DNA of 64,000 nt, from positions 853,251 to 917,250 of the forward strand of contig JBPOHV010000001.1 in the NCBI GenBank assembly GCA_052035175.1, given 5' to 3'. Position 1 is the stretch's first letter. Every line of letters begins with the position of its first letter. Source of the stretch: a candidate division WWE3 bacterium (GTDB lineage Bacteria > Patescibacteriota > WWE3 > UBA101185 > UBA10185). Of this stretch, positions 47,428 through 58,411 are shown one piece after another. The position numbers were made by a program, and so were the translations under genes. A model generated the notes under the pieces. It searched no databases and was not told where the DNA came from. It saw nothing but the letters and a program-made list of their open reading frames with translations.

Positions 47428-48124
47428 AAATTATTTGCAAAATTTATATAGAGATGCCGAAGAGTTAAATACACAAAATGTAATGGCTGCTTTAAAAATT
47501 ACAGGCCCACATGAGAAGCTATTAGATGTTGGTTGCTGGGATGGCGTCGCGACACAAAATTGGATTAATGCAGCACAGGCAACAAAAGTATATGGGATTG
47601 AACCAATAAAAAATGCAGCAGAACAAGCCAAAAACAAAAATATCGAGGTCGCGCAAATAACAGCCGACAAAGATACATGGCCATTTGAAAGCAACTCAAT
47701 AGATTGTATTGTGTCTAATCAAGTAATTGAACATTTATCGGATGTGGATCACTTCTTTACTGAAGTACAAAGAGTACTCAGACCAAATGGTTACATAATT
47801 ACAAGTACAAACAATCTTTCAAGTTTTCATAATATACTCAGCTTGATATTTGGATTTGCTCCATTTGATTTAACTAACTCATCTAAAAAAGTCAGTGGTA
47901 TAGGCAACCCTTTAGCTTTACATAAAGGGGAAAATGACCCACGAGGAAGCTCCTGGACACATAAATGTATATATACACCAAAATGGTTAGGCGACTGGCA
48001 ACTTGCGTACAATCTTAAACCAATCAACTACTATGGAGCTGGGCTTTACCCCTTCCCCGCCAAGCTGGGGCAAACAATAAAACTGTACAGCGCTTTTATA
48101 ACAATAGTTTGTCAAAAAAAATGA
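47420..48124 (+). CDS. Class I SAM-dependent methyltransferase
   Basis: Motif I 'LLDVGCWDGV' and 'CIVSNQVIEHL'. Confidence 0.75.
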   Translation: MLKNYLQNLYRDAEELNTQNVMAALKITGPHEKLLDVGCWDGVATQNWINAAQATKVYGIEPIKNAAEQAKNKNIEVAQITADKDTWPFESNSIDCIVSNQVIEHLSDVDHFFTEVQRVLRPNGYIITSTNNLSSFHNILSLIFGFAPFDLTNSSKKVSGIGNPLALHKGENDPRGSSWTHKCIYTPKWLGDWQLAYNLKPINYYGAGLYPFPAKLGQTIKLYSAFITIVCQKK

Positions 48125-49284
48125 AAATATGCTTTTATGCAACAACAATACTAGAACACGGTCGTGGATTAGAAAAATATTTTATTGATACCTCCACCAA
48201 GCTAAACGGAACAAATAATCTAATGATCGACATTGTCACTATGGATGACAATTTTTCTCACAAGATATTAGACCTGTTAAGTATATATACCTTTAAAAAG
48301 ATAGATCATGCAGTTCTATATAGTGAAAATAGCGAAAGCATAAAACAAAAACTTGGAAGTGTGAATTATTATAAATGTAAATCATTCGAGGAGGTCAGAA
48401 ATAAACTGAATGAGTATGATTTGATATACAGCAAAAATGAATTGTTAGAAGCATTTATCTTTAAGTTCTTTATAAAGTATAGTACTTTACCTCCCATAAT
48501 ATTTGGATGTCATACGAGTCTGCATTACCCAGTCACACTAAACTTTATGCAAAGATTTAGAAATATCCTCTACTCTAGTTTCATCTACAAATTCTTGTCT
48601 TCAGGTGTAAAAGCCTTTCACACACTCAACTCGTATGACACACAGTTTACACAAAAGCTTTTCCCACATAAACCTGTTATCAAAATTTATAACTCATTAG
48701 ACTTCGATGCATTTTTAAAAAAAGTAGATACCACAAATTATAAATTTGATATAAAAAAACTGAAAGTACTGTGGATAGGTGCTATCACAGAGATGAAAGG
48801 CATTAACGATCTGATACAAATCATCACGCACTTAAATGAAAGAAGTGATACTTACAAACAAATTCAGTGGATAATAGTTGGCAGTGGAAGTGATAAATAT
48901 AAAATCGACAGTTTACAAAGAAAATACGACAATATCTTTGTGCTTGGTCAACTGGCTGCTGACCGAATACCAGGGTTAATGAAACAATGTAACTTGCACA
49001 TATCAACAAGCAAAGCAGAAACATTTAGCTATGTAACATTAGAAGCTAACTGCAGCGGCTTGCCTAGCTTTTCATATAAAACAAGCGGACAGAGTGATAT
49101 TATTGATAACGGTATAAATGGATTGTTACTAGATAGTACAGACCAATTCATTTTAGAAATTAATAATTTTATAGAAAAAAAATATATATTTACTGATACT
49201 AGTAGTTATATAAAACAAAAGTTTGATAGCACAAGTTTACTTAAACAATTAAGTGATATGTTCTTAAGTTTTAAACAAAGGTAA
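48109..49284 (+). CDS. Glycosyltransferase family 4
   Basis: C-terminal 'STSKAETFSYVTLEANCSGLPSFS' EX7E motif. Confidence 0.7.
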   Translation: MSKKMKICFYATTILEHGRGLEKYFIDTSTKLNGTNNLMIDIVTMDDNFSHKILDLLSIYTFKKIDHAVLYSENSESIKQKLGSVNYYKCKSFEEVRNKLNEYDLIYSKNELLEAFIFKFFIKYSTLPPIIFGCHTSLHYPVTLNFMQRFRNILYSSFIYKFLSSGVKAFHTLNSYDTQFTQKLFPHKPVIKIYNSLDFDAFLKKVDTTNYKFDIKKLKVLWIGAITEMKGINDLIQIITHLNERSDTYKQIQWIIVGSGSDKYKIDSLQRKYDNIFVLGQLAADRIPGLMKQCNLHISTSKAETFSYVTLEANCSGLPSFSYKTSGQSDIIDNGINGLLLDSTDQFILEINNFIEKKYIFTDTSSYIKQKFDSTSLLKQLSDMFLSFKQR

Positions 49285-49286
49285 AT

Positions 49287-50363
49287 ATGTCGACAATCAT
49301 ACAAGAACATCAACCAAAAATCTCAGTAGTAACCCCAGCATACAGAAGGCCAGATTATTTACGAGAACTTATCGAATCATTCCTTAAACAAAGTTACAAA
49401 AATTCTGAACTTGTTATTAGTGATGATAGTTCTAGCGACACACGTGTACAAATACTCGTGCAAGAATACACCAGATTAAATAGCAATATTGTGTATATCA
49501 AAAATGAAGAGAATTTGGGGTTTTGCAAGAATCTACTCAAAAGTATTATGAATGCTCATGGTGACTACATACTTATTATGGGTGATGATGATATTTTGGT
49601 TAATGAAAATACATTAAGCACGTATGTAAATATTTTTGAAACTAATAAAAACATTGGCTATGTTTATGCAAATCAAATACAATTCACAAAAGATCTTAGG
49701 GTTGACTATATCTATAAACACTTTGATACAGATCAATTGTTTGAAACAACAGAAAAAGCCCTCAAAAAACCTTGGTTACTTTCATGTTTCATATCTGGTA
49801 TAGGTCTGAGGAATTATATAGATTTTGAAGCACTATACCCAAAGGACAATATATTATTTCCACAAGTAGAACTTATCGGTAAAATCCTAGGAGAATATCA
49901 AGCCTATGGAATTTCAAAATATTTAATAGGTGCACGAGCGCACGATCAACAATTGGGCTTTGCTGCAGTAAAGAATCAAAACATAAAAGACAACGAAAAG
50001 CATTCTGTATACGAATTAAACACGGTTTATAAGAACGTGATAAATTACTATAAAGATGAACTTCATAAACCATTCGTTGTTGAAAATTCATTTGTAAACG
50101 AATTCTTTGAACAAAAACACATGACTATTTTTCCAAGTGAAAAAATAAATACAAATAATTCAGCAATTATAAAAGTCTTTTACCAAGCAGTAAAAAATAA
50201 CCCAAATGTTTTATTTAACATCACTTTTGTGACATATTTTTTAGTATCATTGATTCTACCAGCCAAAATACTATATAAACTCAAAGAATGGAAAAAACAC
50301 CAGTATGTATCAAAGTTCCCTGATCAAATAAAAAGTTTTAATCAATTTGTGACATGGAAGTAA
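49287..50363 (+). CDS. Glycosyltransferase family 2
   Basis: 'ISVVTPAYRRPDYL', 'ISDDSSSD' and DxD 'GDDD'. Confidence 0.8.
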   Translation: MSTIIQEHQPKISVVTPAYRRPDYLRELIESFLKQSYKNSELVISDDSSSDTRVQILVQEYTRLNSNIVYIKNEENLGFCKNLLKSIMNAHGDYILIMGDDDILVNENTLSTYVNIFETNKNIGYVYANQIQFTKDLRVDYIYKHFDTDQLFETTEKALKKPWLLSCFISGIGLRNYIDFEALYPKDNILFPQVELIGKILGEYQAYGISKYLIGARAHDQQLGFAAVKNQNIKDNEKHSVYELNTVYKNVINYYKDELHKPFVVENSFVNEFFEQKHMTIFPSEKINTNNSAIIKVFYQAVKNNPNVLFNITFVTYFLVSLILPAKILYKLKEWKKHQYVSKFPDQIKSFNQFVTWK

Positions 50364-51010
50364 ATACACATATGCAAAAAAATGAAGCAACTACAAAAAC
50401 ATATATTCAAAATAATAGAATGTTTCCTTTTGGTTCACACAGCATTATAAAGAACATAATTGGTACAAATAAAATAGTTCTTGATGTAGGATGTGCTTCG
50501 GGAGATTTGGGTAGATTGTGTGAAAATAATACTTTCTACGGCATTGATGGAAACACAGACGCTATAAATAAAGCAAAACTTATTTATAAAGACGTAAAGC
50601 TAATAGATCTTAACCTTATACCAGCAAACCCGCTGTTCGACGAGAAATTTGATTATATAATTTTCGCCGATGTGCTAGAACATTTGTTATATCCTGAACA
50701 ATTGCTTATGCATTTTAGAAATTATCTTAAACCAGAGGGTAAAATTATAGTGTCATTGCCAAATGTAGCTTTGTGGAGAATTAGGCTTCTTTTACTCGCA
50801 GGAAAGTTTGATTATACAGATTACGGTGTCTTAGACCGCACGCACTTACATTTGTATACATTTGATACTGCAAAGAAGCTGCTTACTACTGTCGGTCTAA
50901 ATGTAATATCAGAACAGGGTGCAGCTTACACATTTGGGCAACTGCTTAAAGTACATAAACTTTTACGAAATCTGTTTAGCGTACACATAATTATCGAAGC
51001 TAGAATATGA
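50354..51010 (+). CDS. Class I SAM-dependent methyltransferase
   Basis: Motif I 'VLDVGCASGDL' and 'YIIFADVLEHL'. Confidence 0.75.
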   Translation: MEVNTHMQKNEATTKTYIQNNRMFPFGSHSIIKNIIGTNKIVLDVGCASGDLGRLCENNTFYGIDGNTDAINKAKLIYKDVKLIDLNLIPANPLFDEKFDYIIFADVLEHLLYPEQLLMHFRNYLKPEGKIIVSLPNVALWRIRLLLLAGKFDYTDYGVLDRTHLHLYTFDTAKKLLTTVGLNVISEQGAAYTFGQLLKVHKLLRNLFSVHIIIEARI

Positions 51011-53133
51011 CGATATTGAAAAGATATTGGGTCCTAATAGCCCTGCTAGCTCTTAACATCTTTACACATAAAGTATGGATATTTAATACCGACTTTCTCA
51101 CATACGGTGATGCGCGTGTATATGTGCAAGATACGCAATTGCAGCTAGCAAATGATAGTACTCAAATATATAGTGCATCAAACACACTTGGTAACATAGA
51201 ATTAAGTGGCGGAACAAAGCTTATAGAATTAGTACATGGACTTCTCGCAAAAGTCGGTGTATTTTACCCAATTTCATTTAGAATAATTTATTTGTACCCT
51301 TTTGTTTTTTTGGCACCCATCATTGCATATTATTTTTTTAAAAAGTTTATTAAATCAGAAGTTGGTATCTTTTGTGCAGCCGTTGTCTATTTATTTAATA
51401 CTTATACATTAATACTTCAATCGGCTGGTGTTCTTATGCTTTTGGCCGATATGTTCATTTTGTTACTACTATTGTTTTATTACAAATTCTTTTATGAAAA
51501 AAAGTCGATTACGAACTTTGCTATGGCTAGTTTCAGCGGATTCTTAATTAGTACATATGATTTCAGAGTTTTTTATATTGCATGCATCATCACATCTATC
51601 TTTGTAGTACATTACTTCTTCTTTATAAAAAAAGATATACGAGTATTCTTTTGGCACTGTGCGCTAATTGCGATGGTCATCTTGCTAAATATGCATTGGA
51701 TTCTGGCGTTACTCACTTTGGGTAAACTCTCAACTAATGAATTATTTTCACGTGGCTTATTTGGAAGTTCATATTTTGATGTGGTAAGTGCACTACTTCT
51801 ATTTCATAGATTCTGGACTTTTGCAAAACCAGCGGCCTTTGTAAACCAACTAATACCAATCCACTTTTGGCTTATACCTGTATTTGTATTTGGCGGCATT
51901 TCCTATGCAAAAAAAGACAAATTAAGCATTTTTTTTATGTTAATCTCGATACTTGGTGTTTTTTTGACAAAACAAGAAGATATACCTTTTACCCAAATAT
52001 ATAACTGGCTATACAACAATGTACCGGGGTTTAATGCATTCAGAGAAGCGTCTAAGTTTTATATACTCACTGTCATCGGGTATAGTGGGTTGGTCGGCTA
52101 CTTTGCACAAGGAGTCTCTCAAGACAAAAAAATCTCAAAATTACCCAGATTAATAATATACATAGCTGTAACAGCAACATTTATGCTCAACACCATACCT
52201 CTTATCACAGGAACTTTCGCAACACTGTTCACACCAAGAACACAACCTGAAGACTATAAAACACTCAACAACTTTCTTAAAGAAGATGGCGATACATTTA
52301 GAACATTATGGGTTCCGATAAATTCTAAATGGGGTGTCTATACAAATGCAAAACCTGCTATAAGCGCTGTAGAAATCGAAAATAATATTTCAGGTTTCGA
52401 AAAAACACCAAGTTATGTCAACTATATCAGGCCAGATAATAGTGTAGTAAACATACTAAGACAAAGCTATACACCAGATATTTTAAATAGATACGCTATT
52501 AAATACATAATTATTCCTCTGCGCGATACAGCAAATGAAGATGACTTCTTTAAAGATTATGGAAATAATAGACAACACTATATAGATATTACAAACAGCC
52601 TAACATTTTTGGAAAAGCTCAACATTAACACACAAGATGTTATTGTTTACCGCAATAATAACTATAAACCAAGAATTTATATGACCAGCACACTTGAAAA
52701 AGTCGATAAACAAGTTGACTTAATACAAGTCGAGTACGAACAAATACAACCCACGCAATACAAACTAAAGCTCAAAAATATTAGCAACACTATGTATATA
52801 AACTTCTCTGAAAACTACTCAACCGGATGGCAAATGTATACTATGCCAATAAATTGGTGGAATATAGCAACAAAAAGAACGCTACCCATAAGCAACATCA
52901 GTAATATAAAAAATGATATTGGATTAAACACATTTGTAATTGAACCTAACATTATAAAAACTACACTTTCTCCCGACCAATACGTTGTCAATAAAGATGG
53001 GTCTATGGACATAGATCTTATACTCTATTACAAACCACAAAGTGTTTATCAGCTGGGACTACTTATCTCTACTAGCGTGGCAATTATACTTTTTAGTGCT
53101 ACTTTAGTTAAAATAAAGAGGACTTATGATTAA
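51007..53133 (+). CDS. Large polytopic membrane protein, GT-C-like putative glycosyltransferase
   Basis: At least 10 TM segments, then a roughly 300-aa soluble C-terminal domain. Overlapping start and stop with its neighbours. Confidence 0.45.
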   Translation: MTILKRYWVLIALLALNIFTHKVWIFNTDFLTYGDARVYVQDTQLQLANDSTQIYSASNTLGNIELSGGTKLIELVHGLLAKVGVFYPISFRIIYLYPFVFLAPIIAYYFFKKFIKSEVGIFCAAVVYLFNTYTLILQSAGVLMLLADMFILLLLLFYYKFFYEKKSITNFAMASFSGFLISTYDFRVFYIACIITSIFVVHYFFFIKKDIRVFFWHCALIAMVILLNMHWILALLTLGKLSTNELFSRGLFGSSYFDVVSALLLFHRFWTFAKPAAFVNQLIPIHFWLIPVFVFGGISYAKKDKLSIFFMLISILGVFLTKQEDIPFTQIYNWLYNNVPGFNAFREASKFYILTVIGYSGLVGYFAQGVSQDKKISKLPRLIIYIAVTATFMLNTIPLITGTFATLFTPRTQPEDYKTLNNFLKEDGDTFRTLWVPINSKWGVYTNAKPAISAVEIENNISGFEKTPSYVNYIRPDNSVVNILRQSYTPDILNRYAIKYIIIPLRDTANEDDFFKDYGNNRQHYIDITNSLTFLEKLNINTQDVIVYRNNNYKPRIYMTSTLEKVDKQVDLIQVEYEQIQPTQYKLKLKNISNTMYINFSENYSTGWQMYTMPINWWNIATKRTLPISNISNIKNDIGLNTFVIEPNIIKTTLSPDQYVVNKDGSMDIDLILYYKPQSVYQLGLLISTSVAIILFSATLVKIKRTYD

Positions 53134-54790
53134 TCAATACATATTAGGTACCCTGGAAGATATAACAGGGTACTTCGTGTTTCCACATTTTTATGACTTG
53201 ATAAGAACAGAAAACTTTTTGATATATGGGTTTCCATATGGCTTAGCGCACTCACTCCAGTCATACTCCGAACCATTATTGCTAGCGGTATTATTCTTTT
53301 TTGCACGATTTTTTAGTCCAATTAATATATATAACCTGTTTGTGGTTGGTACATTTCTTATTACATTTTTGGCTGCAACAAGCTTTTTTAAGCAGTTTAT
53401 AACAAATAAGGCGTTATCTGGCGCACTAGCGATACTTTATACATTTTCTCCATACCTGATTTATCACTCTCAGGCACACCCGCAACTGACACAAATATGG
53501 CTTGCGATAACTTTTCTAACATTACACCTTACATGGAAACAAAAAAGAGTATATAAATATGCTTTTCTGGGACTACTTTTGGGAGTAACAATACTTACTA
53601 GCAATTATATTGGGTTTTTCTCACTTATCTTTTTTAGTACATACAGTTTTATCAACATTTGCGTATTAATTATTACAAAAGCTCCGTGGAAACCAATATT
53701 TATAGAACTGGGAAAAATACTTTTATGTTTATCTATAGCCGCAGTAATTACACTTAGCTGGGCAAAAGTGTTTTTTGGTACCACTACCAATGATATAGAC
53801 TCATTAGAAAGACCTATCGGAGATTTTGTCATCTTTAGTCCAAAACCATGGTCTTATATTTTACCACCCGCAGACAATTTTATATTTGGAAATATAACAA
53901 AAAACATCGTTGATGTGACACAAAGTAAGTGGGGATACTTCTGGACACAAAATTATTTTAAGTCTGAAATTAGCCCAACTTATATAGGTATCTCAAATCT
54001 TATACTTATTGCCCTCGGTTGCTTGTATCTTAAACAAAACCACAATACAAGTGTTTTACTTTTGGGACTCACAACAATAATATTAATCTTTGTTACTCTC
54101 CCGCCTTACTTTACAATAAATACGCATACCTTTTACTTACCAAGCTTTTTAGTATGGAAGTATTTCCCAATGTTTAGAGTGCTAGCAAGGGGTGCTTTCT
54201 TAACGTATCTCATTGTACTGCTCTACTCTGGTCTCGGAGTCGAGTATCTAATCAATAAGTATAAAAAAGCTGGTAGTTTAATAGCATGTTTTCTTATATG
54301 TTTTTCATTTGCTGAACATTTAGTACCATTTGAAATTACTAAAGTATCGCCAACACCACAAATATACCAATACATCAAAACAGAGATACCTAGTGATGCA
54401 CCAATAGTTATATACCCATTAAAGTATACTGATAATGCATTTTATTGGATGTCATACCATGCGCACCCTTTAATCAATCCAAATAACTATCAATCACCAA
54501 AAAACAATTACATAGCAAATGACTTATCTAACAAGCTGAATACATGCATAGGAATAATGAAAGCAAAAAGTCTGGGTGCCAAATATGCTATAGTGTTTTC
54601 ATCTGAAAATGATACAAATTTCTTTGTAAACACAAATGTTTTAAAAGAGATTAAGCGTATACCGGGAGCTAGCATAAATGCGAGTAATGAGCGTAGGTAT
54701 GTTTTTTTGAATGTAAATGATGCAACCGTTGTACCAGATGCAATTATATATGAGTTCGTAAATGATCAAACATGTCATCAAAATTACTAG
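53126..54790 (+). CDS. Polytopic membrane protein, GT-C-like putative glycosyltransferase
   Basis: About 11 TM segments, then a roughly 150-aa C-terminal domain. Confidence 0.45.
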   Translation: MINQYILGTLEDITGYFVFPHFYDLIRTENFLIYGFPYGLAHSLQSYSEPLLLAVLFFFARFFSPINIYNLFVVGTFLITFLAATSFFKQFITNKALSGALAILYTFSPYLIYHSQAHPQLTQIWLAITFLTLHLTWKQKRVYKYAFLGLLLGVTILTSNYIGFFSLIFFSTYSFINICVLIITKAPWKPIFIELGKILLCLSIAAVITLSWAKVFFGTTTNDIDSLERPIGDFVIFSPKPWSYILPPADNFIFGNITKNIVDVTQSKWGYFWTQNYFKSEISPTYIGISNLILIALGCLYLKQNHNTSVLLLGLTTIILIFVTLPPYFTINTHTFYLPSFLVWKYFPMFRVLARGAFLTYLIVLLYSGLGVEYLINKYKKAGSLIACFLICFSFAEHLVPFEITKVSPTPQIYQYIKTEIPSDAPIVIYPLKYTDNAFYWMSYHAHPLINPNNYQSPKNNYIANDLSNKLNTCIGIMKAKSLGAKYAIVFSSENDTNFFVNTNVLKEIKRIPGASINASNERRYVFLNVNDATVVPDAIIYEFVNDQTCHQNY

Positions 54791-55116
54791 TCACACTATT
54801 AATACTGACATCTATACTGCCTGGCATAAGTAGAAAAGCTGCGCTCGCACTGAGTGTTGTATCTATTACACTCACCTTGTACGATTCAAAAGACACATTG
54901 AACTTTATAAGTATACTTCTTGCAATATGCATAAGTTTCATCGTTTTTACATTGTTTGTTATTAACGAGAAATACTTTATGATAATCACTTTTACTAGTC
55001 TGTTATTAGGTATTGGATTCACTCTCATGCAAACAACAGAGTTTGTGAAAATTGTAGGAGTATTCGTTTTTTTGTTACTGCCAATAACCACAATAAGGAT
55101 TATCTTAAATGAGTAA
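54772..55116 (+). CDS. Small 4-TM membrane protein (GtrA-like?)
   Basis: 114 aa with three to four hydrophobic helices, in a polyprenyl-sugar glycosylation context. Confidence 0.3.
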   Translation: MSSKLLVTLLILTSILPGISRKAALALSVVSITLTLYDSKDTLNFISILLAICISFIVFTLFVINEKYFMIITFTSLLLGIGFTLMQTTEFVKIVGVFVFLLLPITTIRIILNE

Positions 55117-57139
55117 CACACACAAATATCTATTAACGCTCATTACTGCGATAATCATATTTAGCACTGACACCATCTATGCATCTACAAAGTATGAGTA
55201 TTATAAAAATGTATTACAAGAGATTTCAATTAAAGCAACGTATACTAGTCCCACAGATAATTATGACACCGATACACTAATATTCTTATCTGAGTATAAA
55301 CTCGAGAATAAAAGCATAAAAGAACTAGCTCAGAAAGTAAACACACTAGTTGTTGTCTGTGATAATCAAGAAACAATAATCCTAAAAGATTTTAGCTGTA
55401 ACTCTAGCGAAATAACAAACTATAGTAATCTTGTAAGTATTAGCAATCAAGATTCTATTGAATTGAAATTTATAGACACTATGCTCTCTAATACACATCT
55501 AATAGTGTTACCGCAGTATTATCTAATATCTATGCAACATAGGAATTTATTGGCTAATTACTTTGAAGCAAAAGATGTATCTGATGTTGTATCAACTGCA
55601 ACATCCAAAACTAACACCAATAGATCTTACAGTTCTATAATTTACGTATTTATAAGTGTAATTACATTAACTATTTTTGTATTATTCTTATACGAACTAG
55701 AGCAAAACAAAACCCATATCAAAAAAAGATTAGAGAACTTCTTTTCTTTGTATTACAAAACAAATCTGTATGTATTTTTATACTTATTAACGCCTTTACC
55801 AATCGCACTTGGGTACATAATATATAAGTTTCGTGACAATAAAACTGACTACATTATAAGTGTACTTCTAGATGCTTTTGTTATAGGCAAAAATAACTTG
55901 GGAGCAACTATTAATACAACGTTAATAATAGGCGCATTATCATACATCTCGCTTTTCCTCTTCTCATTAAGTTGGATTTGTATTAAACCATTGAGATCTT
56001 TTATCAAGCAACTGCATAACCAATCACGCGTCCACGATTTAAATAGTATTGCAGGAGAAGTTATATTTTTTGTGTGCATATGCGTTAGCATTGCAATACA
56101 AGCGTTTATTGATAAAGGTAATCATGGATATATAGCTGTGTTCTTTCTGTGCTTGGGAATATTAATAAGATTTTTTATAACTAAGCCGTTAAAGCTATCA
56201 AAATACTTTATACCAATCGCAATAGTTTTAGTACTAAGTAGCTTTATCAAGCAACGAAGCATACAAAATTATACTTATATACCTCTGCTAGATAACAACA
56301 TTAAGTTTGCATTTTTACCAGTAAAGATACAGACCGATGACAACATCAAATACCAAGATTTTATAATTGATGATTCATTCAGTGTTTTTGTAAATAATTA
56401 TCTAGCAGTACACCCAAACTTCAATAAAGTTGTGAACACATCGATTGAAAATTTTGACGCTAGCACAAATTATTATATAACTGCCCCAAATATAACTACA
56501 TTGGCTAACGCTATGGCGCGAAATAAAAGTTTGATACCTATACTAACAGTACCTACACAAGATATAGCTAACTATGAAACATATACTGCTGTAGAGCTAA
56601 CAAATGTTCATGCTACGACTTACCAAATGAAACTAACTATAGAATGCGTCAAACCGCACGAAGGGATGGAAGTTTCATTACGAATTTACAATAAGGCTTC
56701 TGCAGAAAAAAATAAACAGTATAGTAACCTTGAGCTTTACGACTTAGCAGGATGTGCTGCGGGTGATAAACAAGCAACTCTATTACCTTTACCTACATCA
56801 TACCTAACAAATGATATGAATATTCTTCAAATTCTACCTTCAAAGGAATCTAATACACTAAATGGAATTAAAGCATCTACTGTAATATTGAGTGATAATA
56901 AAGAAATACCAAGTTATACACTGCATGCAAACAATCGTATCTATGCACAAAAACTAGATGCGAAGAGTTCAAACACAGTATTTGTATACATGATAGATGA
57001 TAGTCCGCAGCTAACTATAGAAAAGCAAGCAGCTACATACAATTTATCTGAATTAATAAATTCTCAACTAATCAATAGAAAACCTACTGAAATAGAAATA
57101 TGGAGCCCACAACATAATGCCTTATTTATTGCTAGGTAA
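55109..57139 (+). CDS. Large membrane protein with extracytoplasmic N- and C-terminal domains
   Basis: Signal/TM, a roughly 170-aa ectodomain, a 7-8 TM core, then a roughly 270-aa C-terminal domain. Confidence 0.4.
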   Translation: MSNTHKYLLTLITAIIIFSTDTIYASTKYEYYKNVLQEISIKATYTSPTDNYDTDTLIFLSEYKLENKSIKELAQKVNTLVVVCDNQETIILKDFSCNSSEITNYSNLVSISNQDSIELKFIDTMLSNTHLIVLPQYYLISMQHRNLLANYFEAKDVSDVVSTATSKTNTNRSYSSIIYVFISVITLTIFVLFLYELEQNKTHIKKRLENFFSLYYKTNLYVFLYLLTPLPIALGYIIYKFRDNKTDYIISVLLDAFVIGKNNLGATINTTLIIGALSYISLFLFSLSWICIKPLRSFIKQLHNQSRVHDLNSIAGEVIFFVCICVSIAIQAFIDKGNHGYIAVFFLCLGILIRFFITKPLKLSKYFIPIAIVLVLSSFIKQRSIQNYTYIPLLDNNIKFAFLPVKIQTDDNIKYQDFIIDDSFSVFVNNYLAVHPNFNKVVNTSIENFDASTNYYITAPNITTLANAMARNKSLIPILTVPTQDIANYETYTAVELTNVHATTYQMKLTIECVKPHEGMEVSLRIYNKASAEKNKQYSNLELYDLAGCAAGDKQATLLPLPTSYLTNDMNILQILPSKESNTLNGIKASTVILSDNKEIPSYTLHANNRIYAQKLDAKSSNTVFVYMIDDSPQLTIEKQAATYNLSELINSQLINRKPTEIEIWSPQHNALFIAR

Positions 57140-58363
57140 TGTTGTGTAAATATTGGCTTTTATAAAATAAAAAATAAGCAATAACAATAAAAATATAGTA
57201 GCCGAGATATTCCCAATAATTACCTGCATAAGAGTTGAATGGAAATTGATAATTAATAGCATTTGCATACAAACAGCAGGAAATAACGGTTTCCACAAAT
57301 CTTGTCTATTAACTGACAACAAGAAAGTTAGCAAAAAATTTGCCAAAACATACAGACTCATAAAAACTGCAAACACTGGTATGTATGGAATAGCTAACTG
57401 AAACTTTGGAAAAAGCAGGGCAACAATCAAGTCAGGAAATAATACAAAAACAATTGCAGCAGGGACAACAAGCGCAAGCTGTAAAACCAAGAATCTCTTG
57501 AATAATCCCAAGGTACTCTCACCTTTTGAGTATGCACTAGCTACTTTTGGTAACATCACAACGACTACAGCACTGGTACCAAAAAGTATAATTTTTCCTA
57601 CAGTAACTACTGCTGAATAAACCCCTGCTAACTCAGGAGAAAAATAATGTTTAACTAATATCACATCAATATTAGTTAAAATCGCCAAACAAACATTAAC
57701 ATACATAACACCAACACCAAAACTAACTAATTTTTTATAATACGGTGAAAGCACCTCGTGTGAATACGCAGCGATATCTTTTTTTAAAAGTAAAAACCCT
57801 ATTAAATATGAAGCTATAGCTGCAAGCGCCATACCAAAAAAAACACCGTCAACTCTATAACCATAAAGCACAAACACACATGGAACAACCAAACGCAGAA
57901 GTAATGAAACCACATTCATCAAAGAGAATGTTCTAAAGCGTGAAAAACCTTGTAAAAAGTTTGCTGGTAAAGTTGTGACAAAAGACACTGAGATGAAGAA
58001 CACAAAATAATTAACAACCGTTAAGTTACTCAAATGTAGATATTCTACCAATGTGGATCTCGAAATAAATACCAACAAAGCTATACTTATACCAAACATG
58101 AGTAAAATCTTGGAAAATTTGTAAAATAAAGCGGATAAAACCGACCTGTTACCTGAAGAAAGTACATCTGAAATAAGTTTTATCAACGATGTGTTAAAAA
58201 TAACAATAGGAACTGTAAAGATAGAAAATAGTGACAATAGTACAATAAACTCACCATACTCAATTTGGGATAAAAATCTACCAAGAAATATTTGTAGTAT
58301 ATAACTAAGTATATTTCCTACAAAGACTCCTATTGCTACTATTAACGTATCTAATAAGTACAT
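57122..58363 (-). CDS. Wzx-like oligosaccharide flippase (MOP/polysaccharide biosynthesis protein family)
   Basis: About 413 aa with 12-14 TM helices and the hydrophobic-Gly-rich pattern typical of PST-family flippases. Confidence 0.65.
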   Translation of the reverse strand: MYLLDTLIVAIGVFVGNILSYILQIFLGRFLSQIEYGEFIVLLSLFSIFTVPIVIFNTSLIKLISDVLSSGNRSVLSALFYKFSKILLMFGISIALLVFISRSTLVEYLHLSNLTVVNYFVFFISVSFVTTLPANFLQGFSRFRTFSLMNVVSLLLRLVVPCVFVLYGYRVDGVFFGMALAAIASYLIGFLLLKKDIAAYSHEVLSPYYKKLVSFGVGVMYVNVCLAILTNIDVILVKHYFSPELAGVYSAVVTVGKIILFGTSAVVVVMLPKVASAYSKGESTLGLFKRFLVLQLALVVPAAIVFVLFPDLIVALLFPKFQLAIPYIPVFAVFMSLYVLANFLLTFLLSVNRQDLWKPLFPAVCMQMLLIINFHSTLMQVIIGNISATIFLLLLLIFYFIKANIYTTLPSNK

Positions 58364-58411
58364 ATTGCAAAAAGTATTTCAAAACAACTAACTACAGGCT
58401 ATCATGTAAAC